Translations under genes and position numbers: made by a program
Shown: one piece after another, positions 36,612 through 49,535 of the stretch
How the letters are laid out: each line of letters opens with the position of its first letter
Position numbering within the stretch: the first letter of the stretch is position 1
Source of the DNA: Bilabrum cf. latius
Lineage: Eukaryota
Direction: 5' to 3'
Length of the DNA: 64,000 nucleotides
Assembly (NCBI GenBank): GCA_965178125.1
Contig: OZ237736.1
Span: forward strand, 1,116,001-1,180,000
Notes under the pieces: model-generated
What the model saw: the letters and a program-made list of their open reading frames with translations, nothing else
What the model was told of the DNA's origin: nothing
Databases searched by the model: none

Positions 36612-38666
36612 TTACCCCGGATCAGCCGCACCAGCGGCCCCGGCGGCCGATTGACCCGGCTCCGTCGGCTCGTCAGACGAGTCGTACTCGACCAGCGCAC
36701 CTCCGCTCAGCCGGATCGTGCCTCCAGCGGCACCCTTCCCTGCGCCCGCCTCGCCGCTGCCACTCGCGCTCGTTCCCGCCCCGGCCCGCGGACTACTGCC
36801 GGCGTGCCCGGCATCCAGCTGGTCGGCTGTGCCATCGCTGCCGTTCGCAGGCATGGCAGCCCGCACAGGCATCCGCATCTCCTGCCCCGTCGACTCCCGC
36901 AGCGCATCCCGCAGCGCGTCACGCACCGCAGCCTTCTCCTCGTTGTGCTCTCGTCTCGCGCGCCCGGCTGCATCGCCGGCGCCCTCCCCACCTTCCTCTT
37001 CCTCACTGGCCTGCGCGATCCACGCACGGCGCCTGCCTGGCCTGGCCGGCGGAGCGGGCGCCTTGCGCGGCGGCGCCATCACCCCGACCCTCCTTCCGCC
37101 CAGCTGCCTGTCGCCGGCTCCGCTCGCCGCCCCCTCCTGCTCGTCATCGTCGATGAGTCCCTCCAGGCCCTCCCCCCGCAGTAGCTCCTGCTCCGTGTCG
37201 CTCTCCGTGTCGCACAGGTAGCACCCCGCGCCCTCACCCACGATGCCCTCCGCCATCTCCTGCTCCAGGACGCTCGCCCCGGCCCCACTCGCCGCCTCCT
37301 CGCCCTCCCTGCTCTCCTCCGAGGGCAACCCGAGTGCCCTCCGCCTATCTTGCTTCCTCTTTGTCGCCTGCTGCTCCTCCGTAAGAAAGCTCGTGGCCAC
37401 ATTTTTCTTGACCTTGTCGTCTCCTAGGAACGGCGTGTGAGTGCCGGTTGTGCGAGTGACCAGCATCTCCACGGCAAAGGAAGGAGCGAACACGCCCTTT
37501 TTGTCCTTGTTTGCCTTGTCCGTGACGTGCCGGTCGAAGTGGAGGAAGGAGCTCTCGACGTACGAAGTGTGGAACCACACCATGCACAGCCGCCTGCCTT
37601 CGCTCTCCAGCTGCACGCGGGCGTTGCCAAGGATCCTGATGTTGAACGGGGTCAGGTCGAAGTCGATGTACGGCTCCGGCCTGTTTATGCGCCTTAGTTT
37701 CGTGCCTATCGATTTCTTGAAGTCGAAAATGCGGCGGTTCTCCACCGCCACCACCAGGTTCGGCACGCAGCCCCCGTTGCCGTCTGAGTTGGGCACCGTG
37801 ACGAAGCGCACGTGGTGCAGCAGAAGGGTCTGCCGCGGGCTCGGGCCATGACGTAGCATGTAGCTGTAGTAGTGGACGTACCGCATCTGGCTCGGGATCG
37901 TCACACCTTTCCCGTTGCTGGTCCGCCTCGAGCCGAAGAAAGCGAGCGAGTCCTCGGGGTCTCTGAACATGCCGCAATGCACCATGTACGCGCACAGCAT
38001 CAGGCCAGTGCGTCCTTTGCCTGCCTTACAATGCACTGCAACTACGTTGAGAGGATGGGCGCCAAGCCAGCGATCCATGTCTTCGCAGAACCCTTTCATG
38101 ATGTGCAACGGGCACGGGTTGTGGTCGTCGAACGGGTAGCGCGCAACACGGCCTCGGAAAAGGGCCTTATCGTACGCTTTTTCCGAACATAGATTATATA
38201 TACGATACCTGCCGTAGTGCCTGGTTTCAAAGAATCGCTGCACATCTTCGACAGGATTCCTGTAGATGCCTTCGGCTCCTTCGGACGGAAACCCCATAGC
38301 AATCATTCTTGGCGTTATGTAGGTCAAATCGAGGTCAAACTCCCCCAGCTTGAACCTGCGCTTCTTCTTGCTTACCTTTCCTCGCAAGGACTTGAGCGCC
38401 TTCCCGAGTCCCCAATACTTCCTGACTTTAGGCGGCGGCAGCTTCGACGTCCACATTGGCCCACTCGTCGCACTGGCGGCGATATAGGCCGCTGTCGGGT
38501 CTTCCGCGGAATCACTGGATCTGTGCAACCTAGTAGGCGGAATCGCGGTCAGTATCGACCGATCACTGCTGTCTACTGGCTTGTCGCCGTACCCAACGGT
38601 AATCGATCCCCCGCCTGGGGGCAGCTGCACTCTCGGCGGACCGACAGTTGGGACAGAGCTTTCCAT
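36612..38666 (-). CDS. PTEN: PTEN phosphatidylinositol 3-phosphatase (phosphatase + C2 + acidic tail), 684 aa
   Basis: VSKKKRRF..FDLDLTYIT, IAMGFP, YNLC, DHNP, HCKAGKGRTG, GVTIPSQMRYV, WFHTSYV. TAA stop, no internal TAG. Confidence 0.95.
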   Translation of the reverse strand: MESSVPTVGPPRVQLPPGGGSITVGYGDKPVDSSDRSILTAIPPTRLHRSSDSAEDPTAAYIAASATSGPMWTSKLPPPKVRKYWGLGKALKSLRGKVSKKKRRFKLGEFDLDLTYITPRMIAMGFPSEGAEGIYRNPVEDVQRFFETRHYGRYRIYNLCSEKAYDKALFRGRVARYPFDDHNPCPLHIMKGFCEDMDRWLGAHPLNVVAVHCKAGKGRTGLMLCAYMVHCGMFRDPEDSLAFFGSRRTSNGKGVTIPSQMRYVHYYSYMLRHGPSPRQTLLLHHVRFVTVPNSDGNGGCVPNLVVAVENRRIFDFKKSIGTKLRRINRPEPYIDFDLTPFNIRILGNARVQLESEGRRLCMVWFHTSYVESSFLHFDRHVTDKANKDKKGVFAPSFAVEMLVTRTTGTHTPFLGDDKVKKNVATSFLTEEQQATKRKQDRRRALGLPSEESREGEEAASGAGASVLEQEMAEGIVGEGAGCYLCDTESDTEQELLRGEGLEGLIDDDEQEGAASGAGDRQLGGRRVGVMAPPRKAPAPPARPGRRRAWIAQASEEEEGGEGAGDAAGRARREHNEEKAAVRDALRDALRESTGQEMRMPVRAAMPANGSDGTADQLDAGHAGSSPRAGAGTSASGSGEAGAGKGAAGGTIRLSGGALVEYDSSDEPTEPGQSAAGAAGAADPG

Positions 38667-38858
38667 TTTAAAACTGATTGATATTCAGGTTTTGTGCGCG
38701 CGATATGCGCAAGCTTGCGCGAGTGTAGCTTATTTTATCTTTGGCGGGGGTCACACGAGGGAGAGAACGAATAATAGAACGCCAGCCTGAGGTTCTTGCT
38801 CGCTCCATTTTACCTGCGAATATCACCATGATTGTCTTGAAATAAGTCCAAAGGTATC

Positions 38859-39593
38859 ATGCGTCAAAGTCGCTGTGTTGCGCTGATGGACTTAGATTGC
38901 TTTTACGCCCAAGCTGCGATGCTTTGCGAGCCGCAGTTGCTGAGTGTCCCACTTGCTGTTACCCAAAAGCTGATCTGCGCAACCACAAATTATGCTGCTC
39001 GAGAACTTGGTGTCGGAAAGATGTCTAGGATCAAAGAGGCTCGGGAAGTCGTGCCAGAGTTGACGCTTCGTTCAGGCGAGGACCTATTTTGGTTCCGTCG
39101 GGCATCTCGAGCCGCAGCATAGGCGTGTAGGTCCGTCCTGGGGCCTTTAGCAGCCCTACAAAGGATAGGTCTTGATGAATTTTTCATTGAGTACGACAGT
39201 GACTGGTTACTATCTCATACCAAAGCCTATGAGTCTGCTGGAGGCTCTGAAAGCGTGCTCGTATATCCTGGCACTCTGCAGTCCACCCTGTCGGACAGGT
39301 GCAGCATTGTATCAGAAGCAGAAGTTGATATTTCTGCAGCACTGCAAACTGCTGCTTGCAGTGGTAGATCTCGGCGTGGTGCTGACTTTAGAGGTGAACG
39401 TTCAAGCGCAGGTGAGCCCCCCCAATCACAAGTGGATCTTGCCACCTGCTCTGCAGCAGCCATCGCACGATCCTGCCTGCAGGCACCCACAGTGCAGTGT
39501 CTTCTTGAACTGATCGACAGAAGCACTGAGAGGGAAGATGTGGGACCCCCCACCTCAAAGACAAAAGCGACTGCGACAGACCCCCCATTAAGT

Positions 39594-39647
<54 letters not shown>

Positions 39648-41645
39648 TGCAAGGCGGCGATCGAGCTTGTTGAAGAAGGCTTATAGGTTGGCGGGTAGAC
39701 GTGGGGTGTGAAGATGCCATAGCGCAGCAAGCGCGGTACTGGTGCATCCGGTGGGGCGCAGGCAGTCTTCCACAGCGATGCGGATAGACAGACACCACGC
39801 GGCTCTAAGGGGCTGTCGCCTGCCGCCAGGATCGCAGGTGCGGAACAAAAGAGACTGCATCGAACGATCAGGCTAACGGCCAAACGCTCGGTGCATCCGC
39901 CGGGAAGCCCGCAGCATCGGGCGGAGGCGCAGCTCTGCGCGTTGGCTTGGATCATTGCGCTTGTGAGACACAGGGTGCGCAGCGAGACGGGATTCACGAC
40001 ATGCGCGGGAGTTGGCACGAGCCGCATGGCCGCCAAGCTGGCGGCGGGTCTTCGCAAGCCGAACCGCCAAAGCGTGGTACTGCCTTCTGCGGTAGTACCG
40101 ATGATACACCCGCTGAAGGTAGGGTCTCTGCCAGGCATTGGGCACTCCACGGCGGCCCTGTTGCAGTCAGCTGGGATAGAGAAAGTCAGCGATGTTGTGT
40201 CTCGTCTATTGGGCATGAGGGCAGGCGCGACCGGATCGAGCGCAGGGAGATGCGGCCTGTTTGACCCCAGCGACCGCTCCAGCCTGGCCGCCGCATGCAA
40301 GGCGCTTCGCCTTGGAGAGAGCACTTTCGCGCAAAGACAGGCTGTGCTTCTCAGTCAATTGTGTTGCGGGCAAGACAACTCGAAGGTGGTCCCAATGGAG
40401 CCTCCAAAGCAGCTGTCCGACGAAGACTCCTTCAGGCGCATCGATAGCACCGAGGCGCTGCTTGCTAAAACCAGGCAGCTGTGTACCGGCGTCCTGTCTC
40501 GCCTCATGCAAGACGGTCGCACCCCAATGCTCCTGCGGCTACAGGTCTTGCGAAACGGACGAAATCGAGTGTCAAGGTCAGTTCGAGTGCCAACGAAGGC
40601 ACTGGCGTGCTTACAGGTATCAGCGTCGAGCAATTCTGGATCTATTGACGCGATGGCCGCAGGGACGCATGAACCCGTGCCGTCGGTACCCGGTCCATTC
40701 GGGTTTATTCCACCGGTAGCCCCAGTACCTGGGCGCGCACCGCCATGGGCCACCGGAAGCAAAGCGGTGCCTCCAAGGGAGAGCGTGGATGCTCTGGCAA
40801 AGGGCTGCTGGGTGCTGCTGTGCCAGCTGGTCCCCGAGGTGGCGAGGCGAAATCTATCCTTCGAGCGAGCGCACCAGGTGCTGAGTGCTGGTGCATCGGC
40901 AAAAAAGGAGGCTCTAATTGAGCCGCCAATCATAGTGTTAAACGTCGGACTTACAGAATTCAAGCGCGAACCCGGGCATCGCGAGGACAGCAGCCCCGAT
41001 GAAGAAGGCGCATCGCCGGGCAAGAAGCGGCGCAGGATGAACCCCATGGAGGAATGGATCTCTAAGCGACACCAGGAAGGTGCTGAAGGGCGTCTTATGA
41101 CGAGTGAAGCGGCTGGAGGAGAAGCTTAGGTCCTTGGTGCCAGTGAATGCACGAGTCGCGTTCATGATGCAGCGCGAGCAAGCGGTAGGTAGTAGCGACA
41201 TCAGCATGCTAGCACCCTGCATGGAAGGAAGGGCCACTCCGGCGACGGATCGGCGCAAGAGGCTGCAGTGGTAGACGTCTCCTCCGGCAGCGACTCGGAT
41301 ATCGAAGACGTCACCGCAACAAAGCGCAAATTAGTGGCGACTGGCTCCGCAGGCTCGTCGTCAGCACCGCCTGCATCGTCTGCGGTCCAATCCAGTGCCA
41401 GGAAAAGCGGCCTGGCGGTGCCAGCAGCCGGGAGCACTCCAAGTGCCGCCATGGCTCTCATGGCGAGCGCTCGGGCTGTCGATGCGGCAGAGCGACGACG
41501 ATCTGCCGCGCTGGGGAAAATGAAGACAAGCAAGGGACTGGGCAGGGCAGGGCGTGCTGCGACTCACTGCGGCAGTCGTCAAAAGAAGGCTGGCAAGACA
41601 GCGGGGCTCGGGGGCTTCCTCTAGAAAGAAACAGTCGGGCGGTAA
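38859..41645 (+). CDS. POLI: Y-family translesion DNA polymerase, Pol iota-like, ~928 aa
   Basis: DLDCFYAQ, VTQK..TTNYAARELGV, GEDL, IGLDEFF, TGFTTCAGVG..AKLA..KPNRQ, LPGIG. One frame through several TAGs to TAA 41643-41645. Confidence 0.82.
39594..39647 (+). repeat. (AGC)18 microsatellite encoding poly-Ser within the Pol iota-like gene
   Basis: Perfect trinucleotide run preceded by AGT, giving 19 consecutive Ser. Confidence 0.95.
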
Positions 41646-41739
41646 ACGTTGCAGGTGTGGCAGCGAGCGCGGTTCATCCGCAAAATTGCGCTTGCATGCG
41701 ATGTACATACTGTAGACATGTCTATGCAACGATTCGCGC

Positions 41740-42981
41740 TCATACGCGCTGCTTGTGCTCGCTGAGAGCCTTGCGAAGCTCCAGCTCCACTGCGTCAAGG
41801 GCCAGCTCCACTAGGGCCATGGAAGAGCCCATGCAGTCCTCTGGCCTGACGGGCCCGTCCCCGTGCCATGCACCGAGGGGCAGCACCGCCTCTGGCGCCT
41901 CCCCAGATGCTGCGACCGGCCCCGGCACCTCCGCAGCGAACTGCGAGGCATCTACCCTCCTGTGCCTCGGCGTGCTGGCGTAGTCTTTGCATCCCGGTTC
42001 CTTGAACCAGTGCATGTTGAATCGGATGGCGAAGACTGCGTTCATTCGCTTGCCAAGGCCTTCCTCGCCGACGCCCTCCAAATCGGCGAGGGCCTCGCAT
42101 GCCACCAGCAGTGCCTGGATGCACGGAGCGCACGACTTTCTGTGCCCATCCATGCTAATTCCATTCGTTTTGAGCTCCGTGTGCGCCGCCTTTACCGCTC
42201 TGTAGGCATCTAGGATGGGGTCGATGCCGCCGCCAACCTCGTCCAACCCATCCAGGTCGTCAGGAGTTCCCGCTCCGAGCACGCTCGCTAGCACCCACTA
42301 TGTCAGCTCACAGGTATGCAACACGTTGTGGTATCTTCTGGAGAGTTGCTCGGCATCAATGGCTCCCTTCACGGCCTGCAGGTCGGGGATCGCAGAGACC
42401 CCAGGAGCTTGCCCCGTCGTCGCAACGAAGGCAAGCATCTCGGGCACGGTGCGAAGACCGGCTCGCTAGATTCCAAAGGCATCTGCTTCGGATTCCAGCA
42501 GCCTTAGGGACTGCGCGTCAGAGAGAGAGCCGCCACCCGGAAACAGCACAACCAGCGGGGCCGATCCCGTGTCGATTTGCTCTGGTGGCGTGAGAGTCTG
42601 ATAGCACTTCACGCTGTCGCCATACTACTAATCGAGCACTTCCTCGAGAAGCTTGAACTTCGGGTGCAGGGCAGCGCAAGCCATGCAGCCGCGCATGTAC
42701 ATCTCGACAATTGTGTCCTTTCCCTCTCGCTGCCTCGACTGAATAGTTTTAAGCAAATCCTGGTCGCCTGCAAGCTCTGCACTATCTTTTGGCTATAACG
42801 AGTCGGGCAAGGCATACGGAGTCGCCACAAGATCCCGCAAATCGGCTTTCGATGGTGCTGCGAGAGAAGCGTACGTGTGTAGTCCCACCCCAAGCCCTGT
42901 TCCTGCAATAAGAGCCCTGGAAACCGCAGAAACGGCACGAGACCTATACAGTTTTCGAATAAATCGGCTAGCGGCTCGCAT
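41740..42981 (-). CDS. Thioredoxin-fold protein (CMAC) with mitochondrial-type presequence and unknown C-terminal domain, 413 aa
   Basis: Reading through TAGs gives DTIVEMYMRGCMACAALHPKF, matching the thioredoxin pattern VEFYAPWCxxCxxLxP. Arg-rich N-terminus; second CAPC near the C-terminus; TGA stop. Confidence 0.65.
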
Positions 42982-43103
42982 TCAATCGACTAGGCAGCGA
43001 GTAGGCCAATAAAAGTGCGACCGAGTGGAGCAACTGCGTCAAACCGGAACACCGCCGGCGAGGTAGACCCGCCGGTCCATCCATTCTCTATTCCCCAGGA
43101 CCA

Positions 43104-44805
43104 TCATTTCGAGTTCCCCTTTGAAGCCATCTCGACAGAAGCAGCCTGCATTGGCGCTTCGAGCTTAACGGCAGCAAGCCCGCCGCCACGCCCCTCCACG
43201 ACGGCTGACGCCGCCCCGCCGGCGTGGTCCCCTCGCGCCCTGTCTCCGGAGCCACCTCCCTCCCCATCGGCGTCATCCGCCCCGCGCACAACGGACCGCT
43301 GCGGCTTCTTCCCGTTCCCGCCACCGGCCCCGTTGCCAGCCCCGTTACCCTTCCCCTAGCCCCCGCTTGCCCCCGCCGCCCCTTGGTCCTCAATGTCCCC
43401 GATCGCGGTGTCTATCTCGTCCCCGTCCTCCAGGCCGAACTCCCCGTCCTCATCACCCGTCCTGTCCTCGCTCCCCGACCGAACGCGCACGTACGGGTTT
43501 CCCCCATCCGGCCGGAACATCCAGCCCGTTACGACGTAGAACACGAGGGATGCGAGCTCCCCGAAGAGGGCGGCCAACCAGACCGTTCTGAAGCCCATGG
43601 TGGCCTGCATGATGTAGACAACAATGCGGGTTACGTACAGGTAGATTGCCACGTACGTGTAGAACGACCTGAACCTCTCTATCCTATTCACTGCCTCCCT
43701 CGCCTTGCCGTCCGCCTCGGCCGCGGAGCTCAGGTGCCTCAGGGACCATGACACGGGCACGAGGACGAATCCCCAGCAGACGAGGTCTGCTACCATCAGG
43801 AGCACTCGCCAGGTGTTGTATGCCTTGGATCCCGGTGCCGTTTCGTCCACAACCACCACGGCGATCTGGACCAGCACCTGAAGCGGCAGAACAAACATGA
43901 AGATCTGTCGCTCCCTGTCGCTCAAGAACGGTTTCAGCAGGGACCATCCGGTTGCAATCAGCAGTACCACGGTCACCAGGAGCAAGGCCTTGCAGAACAC
44001 CGCGATGTAGTACACGACCGCCCACCCCCTCGGCTTTCCGTGTATGTTGATGGAGTGGTACATGAGGGCCTCGAACATGAGGGACAGAACTTTCAGGGCG
44101 AGCAGGACTGTGAACATGGTGTGCAGCACGTGTTGCTACTCTTTGTGTTGCCAAAGCCACCAGAGCCATGCCGCGCCAGCGAGCACGAACAGTGCGCACA
44201 TGCACCCGTACATGGCAGGGAGAGGAGCTTCACCGACCGACAAGTAGTTGCCGCCCGGGTTGGAAAAAGATGCTCGGATGATTGCCGAGACTTTGCTTTT
44301 GACTGGGGCGCACCGAACGAACATCAAGTCGTACAGACCAGCGTCTGGCACAATAAACTGTGCGTGCTGCTTTGCTAGTTCGGGGTCTAAAGTAAGCGTT
44401 GTCTCTCCCCCCGAGCCATCTTCCAGGAGGCATTCGCCACTTTCTTCGATCTCAGCAATTCTTTCCAGAACTGCTGATTCTGATTTGCTCTGCGATGGGT
44501 TGCGGTCGGTTGGTCGTCATTTGTGGTTCGTGCGCGGTTCAGCACCAGAGACGGCTTCACCAAAATGTGAGCAGCAGGAGTCCGGTACTTACCGGCCGAA
44601 GAGTTAACCCCAGAAGAGGTGGGTCTGACTTGACCCCGCTGACTTGCAGAGCCCTGACATCCAACGACAACTTGCCGCCTCGCTCGAACCCGAAAGTCTC
44701 GATACTAAAAATCCGCCGGTTGTCGCGTTTGAGCTTGAGGGTGTGTATTCTGGAGTAAACAAGTCCAAACAAGCCAAATAGTACAAAAACAATAGGACGA
44801 CGCAT
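43104..44805 (-). CDS. GPR107: GPR107/GPR108 (lung seven-transmembrane receptor family), ~532 aa; exons 44593-44805 and 43104-44489
   Basis: Signal peptide, IHTLKL, FGFERGG, NYLSVGEAPLP, LIATGWSLLKPFLSDRE, VLPLQVL, FYTYVAIYLYVTRI, FRPDGGNPY. Intron 44490-44592 (GTAAGT...GCAG). TGA stop. Confidence 0.9.
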
Positions 44806-45002
44806 GGTGTGTGCCGTTTCTTAGAACTTGCGCCGCGAGAAACTGGTTCATGAAGCTTCATGTGGTATATGCATCAATCTGCTCGCTACAACATCGAAGA
44901 CTGGCCAGATCGGAGATCGACTGGCAAATCATATCGTACGGATCCTGCGGCTGATAGGTACAATTTGTCCACATATTCTATCTAATAAACGAGTTCCACG
45001 TG

Positions 45003-48000
45003 ATGGAATCTAAGGAATCCATCGTTCCTTGGCAGGAGGAGCTTGTCAACCATGTACTACGTGTCCACTTCCAAAGACCGGTAAAGGGTCACTACGCGAT
45101 CTAGAATCCGGTGACCGACCCCAATGTGGCAACATCGCAGATGTGTCTTGACCAAATTGTGGTAGAGCGGCTGTCTTCGCTTCAGGACATGCCCAGCGAG
45201 GGCTCCACGTTAAATTTTCTCCTCGCTAGTTTTGCCAGAGCCGTGGAATGCCTCAGCAAACGGCCCTCTGGCTTGGCATTTCGAATGACAAAAGACAAGA
45301 TTGGGGAAGACGAGCTTCGGACTGCTGTTGGTGGCGTATTGAAGGTCCTTGCGCAGTATTGCGCGCTAGTAATGATCGAACCGGAAATCTACGAGAACAG
45401 CATGATCGACGCTCAGAGCAAGCTTCCGCCGCACGGTCACGTAGCTCGATTGCTTGCAACCCACGGTGCACTACCTGGTGACTTCATCAACGTTTTGGTT
45501 AGCGTGCTGCAGGACGACACGCCGGACTTGGATTCGGAAGGTGGCGCAGACGACCTTGCAGCAGAAGAAGACTGCGTGGATTTGAGGACGATAGTCATGC
45601 CCATGGTGCGGCGCCTCATCGCGCAATTGGGAATGTACCAGCGGCGGCAGAAGCGAGGAGCCTTGGCCGCCGATGCTGCCGAGATACTCAGGATGATGGA
45701 CGTAGCAGACCTTGACGAAGACGATGCCGGGCCAGGGGCCGGGGCCGGCGCTTCTTCGCTGGCAGGCGCCGGTTCTGCGAAAGGAATACTGGTCACGCAC
45801 GATGCCTTTGGAAGGCCCTACGGCTGGGACACGTCGCCTGGCATGCGCGGGCTCGTCCACAGCCCGGCGGCGGAGGCTGCAGTGGGCCCATGGTTTGGGG
45901 GACCGGGCGGAAACGAGCCCCTGCCGGCCGACGGGCCAGAGTGTCAGAGGGTCAGCATCACCGACACGAAGACTTTTAGCGGCCCGCTGCGGGCGCTGTC
46001 CATCCTGCTGCAGCATCGGAGCCTGATCGGCATGGTGGCCAGGTCAAGCATGTGGAGGCCGTACGCAGCCAATGCAAGCAAGTCCGCGGGCTCAGACGGT
46101 GATGCTGCTGTAGACCCGAAGCCAGTATCGGGGGTGCGCATCGAGAGGGAGTCGTTTCTCGGCGTGATCCTCGGCCTCGGTCCCAAGAGGGAGGACACCC
46201 GCCAGCTCCAGGCGGACGACGTCTCGAGCATGCAGTCGAGGGAAGCCGAGAGGCAGGCCACGGCCATGCGCGCGCTGATCGCGCAGGTTCGATCGTCGGC
46301 GGGCAGCGCCGCCGCCAGCGAGAGGGTCTCCAGCACACTGAGGACCATGGCCAGAGAGCGGGGCATGGACCAGCGGATGCTCCTGGACCGGATACTGGAC
46401 CACCTCCGCACGGGTGCATCCATCGATGACCTTTTGAGGCCGACTGCGCCGCAGGTGGCTGGCGGCGGCGGGGCAGGCGCAGCAGGTGGGTCTGCGTCGG
46501 ACCCTGCGCTGGACCCTGCTGCAGCTCTTGCTCGTGGTGACCTTGCTGCTGCTCTGGCGCTGGAACCGCAAAGCGACCGCCCCGGGCTCTCTGGGGTGTC
46601 TGCCGGAACGGCAACCGCGTTGCGGGGGTACTATTCCAGCGTACGAAACGGGCTGAAGGCTTACGTCACGTCAGCGGGCGGCATCGTGAAGACGATGATG
46701 AAGAGGGGCGCCAAGGAGGAGGCCTTCTCCTGGATCGCAGACGTGCTAAACGCGAACTCGAGGAGGGGTGGCATGCAGTACACCCATCTCGGTAGGCAGC
46801 CCAAGGAGACGCCCTTTAGCAGCCCAGCTCTTTTGCACAACCTTGCATCCGTGCTCATCGACCTGTGCGAGCCTTTCCTGGACCCCACCAAGAAAATGAC
46901 GACCAGCATCGACCTCCGTTTCATGTCTCGCGTGACCCCGAACGGCATGGGCTCCGGGGCCGGCCGCTTCGATTGCTCCGAGGAGGCGGTGCTCAGCAAG
47001 ATCGTCGCGGAGTCTGCGGTGCCTGCCGACAACGGAGGCGAAGCTGCCGCCGAGTCGGGCAAGGGCAGCTCTGCAGCAGGCTCGTCATCGTCTTCTCGTG
47101 CGGCTCGGGCGGACCGCGTCGGAGACGATCATGCCGTGGACGCGCGCAATCTCTCGCGATAGCAGGCATGGGCGACACGACTGCGGGCCATCGCCAGAGA
47201 GATGGCCGGAGAAGCCGGGCAGGCTGGATCCTCCGACCTTGTGCAGACCGTGGTGCACGCCCCCACCAAGTACACTGGAGCGACCAACTTCTTCTTCCTG
47301 GCCTTGCGTGCGCTGCACCTAGGCCCCGTCTCCTCGATCGCCCGACTGGACAGGGTGGACCGGGAGATTCAGGAAGCCAAGAAGCAGAGGGACAGGCTCA
47401 GCGACACGGTGCGCATGTTTGCCGCCCCGCACCTCGTCAGCCAGCTCAAGGCGCTCAACGACGCAATCACGAGGCTTACCGAGGAGAAGATAGAATTGGA
47501 ATCCTCCCTGCTCGACCCCGCCGAAGTGGACAAGCGCATGCGGTTCTACCGACTCGTCTCTGTGCTGTTGCTGCGGGGCGCGTTGGATCCTGCCTCGCTG
47601 AACTCGCCGCCGTCTGAGTCTGGAGGTGCAGCGGCCAAAAAGGCCAAGGGCAAGGGCGATGATACGGTGCCACTCCCGGTCCCCAAGCTCCCATTGCCGA
47701 TGCCGTCGCCCGTCCTGGCCGGACTGCCGGAGCACATCGTCCAAGACGTGGCAGGTTTTCTGATTTGGTGCGTGCGCACCTTGACTGAGTCTCAGCTGCG
47801 GCAGCAGTCGCTTTCGCTGCATTCTGAATTTGTGGGTTTCTGCGTGGCGTTTGTGGCGTCGCCGCTCCACGTCACCGCAACCCACGTGCGGCACCGGCTC
47901 GTGCAGGCCCTTGAGACGTTTGCGCCGGGCCACTACGACATCGACGCGAGACGGCGGCTGGCGAAGGGCGAGGCGAACTGCGCCGAGCGATTGCACCTGC

Positions 48001-49535
48001 TCAACAGGCACCCGATCTCCCTGAAGAGCCTAGCACCCGCTCTGATTCGGTTCTACCAGGACGCCGAGTCGAGCGGGTCGCACACTTAGTTCTACGACAG
48101 GTTCCGGATGCGAATGTCGGTGGCGAATATCCTCGGATTCGCTCTCCGGTACCACCCGCACAGGGAGGCCCTCACCGATTTCGCAAAGATGTCGTCGTCG
48201 GCGTCGGCGTCTACGTTCAAGCGATTTGCGTCGCACATTTTGAATGATGTCAATCACCACTTCAACGAGATCGAAGAGAACCTGAAGAAGGCATCCGAGT
48301 TGCTAGTCACCAGGGCAGCCGGCATGTGGGAAGCAGCCGACCGAGCAAGCAACACCAAGAGCCTGAAGCAAGCGCTGGGTGTCGCGAAGCATTGGGCGTT
48401 TCACATGCAGCACCAGCTGTTCCTGCTTGCTGACGTATGCGAGTGTGCCCCGCTGGTATTTGGAGCTGGTGACATGGCACCCCGCCTGGCCTAGACCATG
48501 CAGCAGGTGCTGAAGATGCTACATGGCCCTGATAGGGACGTATGCACCACCGCAGAGCCGGGTAGTAAGCCGGCGTTGAACGTGACGTTCACTAGCTTCT
48601 TGTGCGCGCGGTGCATGGCAGCTGTGCATAGGGCCACAGAGGGCATCGATCCGTTCGAGTCGGCCTCTTCGTCGTCGAGTGCTGCACCAAGCGGTGCTGC
48701 TGCCGCTGCTGCTGCTGGTGACGATGATCAACGAGACGATGATGCTATGGGGCCCTCGAGCGGCGCTGGGGGAGATGACGAGGAACAGATGTACACGGCC
48801 GTATCTGCGACCAGCTTTGCAGGGGCGATGGCCCGAGACGACAGGTACTACTCACACGACGTGCTGATGCGTTGCTCGGAGGCTCTGTCCAAGCCGGGCA
48901 CTGCTGCGGCCTGCAAGGGCTACACGACGGACTTTGCCGCTTCGTAGCTGCAGAAACTCGCTGCGCGTGTGTAGGAGGTGCGAGAGCAGGTTGATGATGA
49001 GGAGGGCGACGATGACGATGACGACATTCCTGACGAGTACGAGTGCGAGATGATGTGCAGCCTCATGCAAGACCCCGTCCGTCTGCCCGGTGGGGTTATC
49101 GTAGACCGCTCAAGTATCGAGAGGCACCTTTTGGACTCTGATATGAACCCATACACGCGTGAACCCCTCACCATTTAGGACGTGGAGCCGTTGCCGGAGC
49201 TGAAGGCGGAAATCGAGGCGTACAGGAAGGAGAGGAGGAGGGCGAGGAAGGCGGCGAGGGTGGCGGCGGCGCTCGCTCCCAAGGATGGGGTTTAGGAAGG
49301 GGGGGACAAGTAGGGGCAGGGAGGTGGGGAAGACAGCGGTGGGGCCAGCGGCGCTGCAGCCAGTGACAATAGTGCTACTAGTATCGCTCCGGCTCCAGTT
49401 GACCCCGTCCCTGCTGCCGCTCCAGCAGGTGGTCAGCCCGGCTAGAGCGACGAGCAGGGGATAGCAGCTGAGGTGGCCGATGACGACGCAGAGCTCATGG
49501 AAGCTATCCGCAATAGCTTGGAGCACGACACTTAA
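45003..49535 (+). CDS. UBE4B: UFD2/UBE4 ubiquitin E3/E4 ligase with U-box and C-terminal UIM, ~1510 aa
   Basis: WIADVLNAN..R, FFFLALRALHLG, LPEHIVQDV, GSHT*FYDRF, ILNDVN; U-box IPDEYECEMMCSLMQDPV..DRSSIERHL..NPYTREPL. One frame from ATG 45003 to TAA 49533-49535. Confidence 0.9.
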
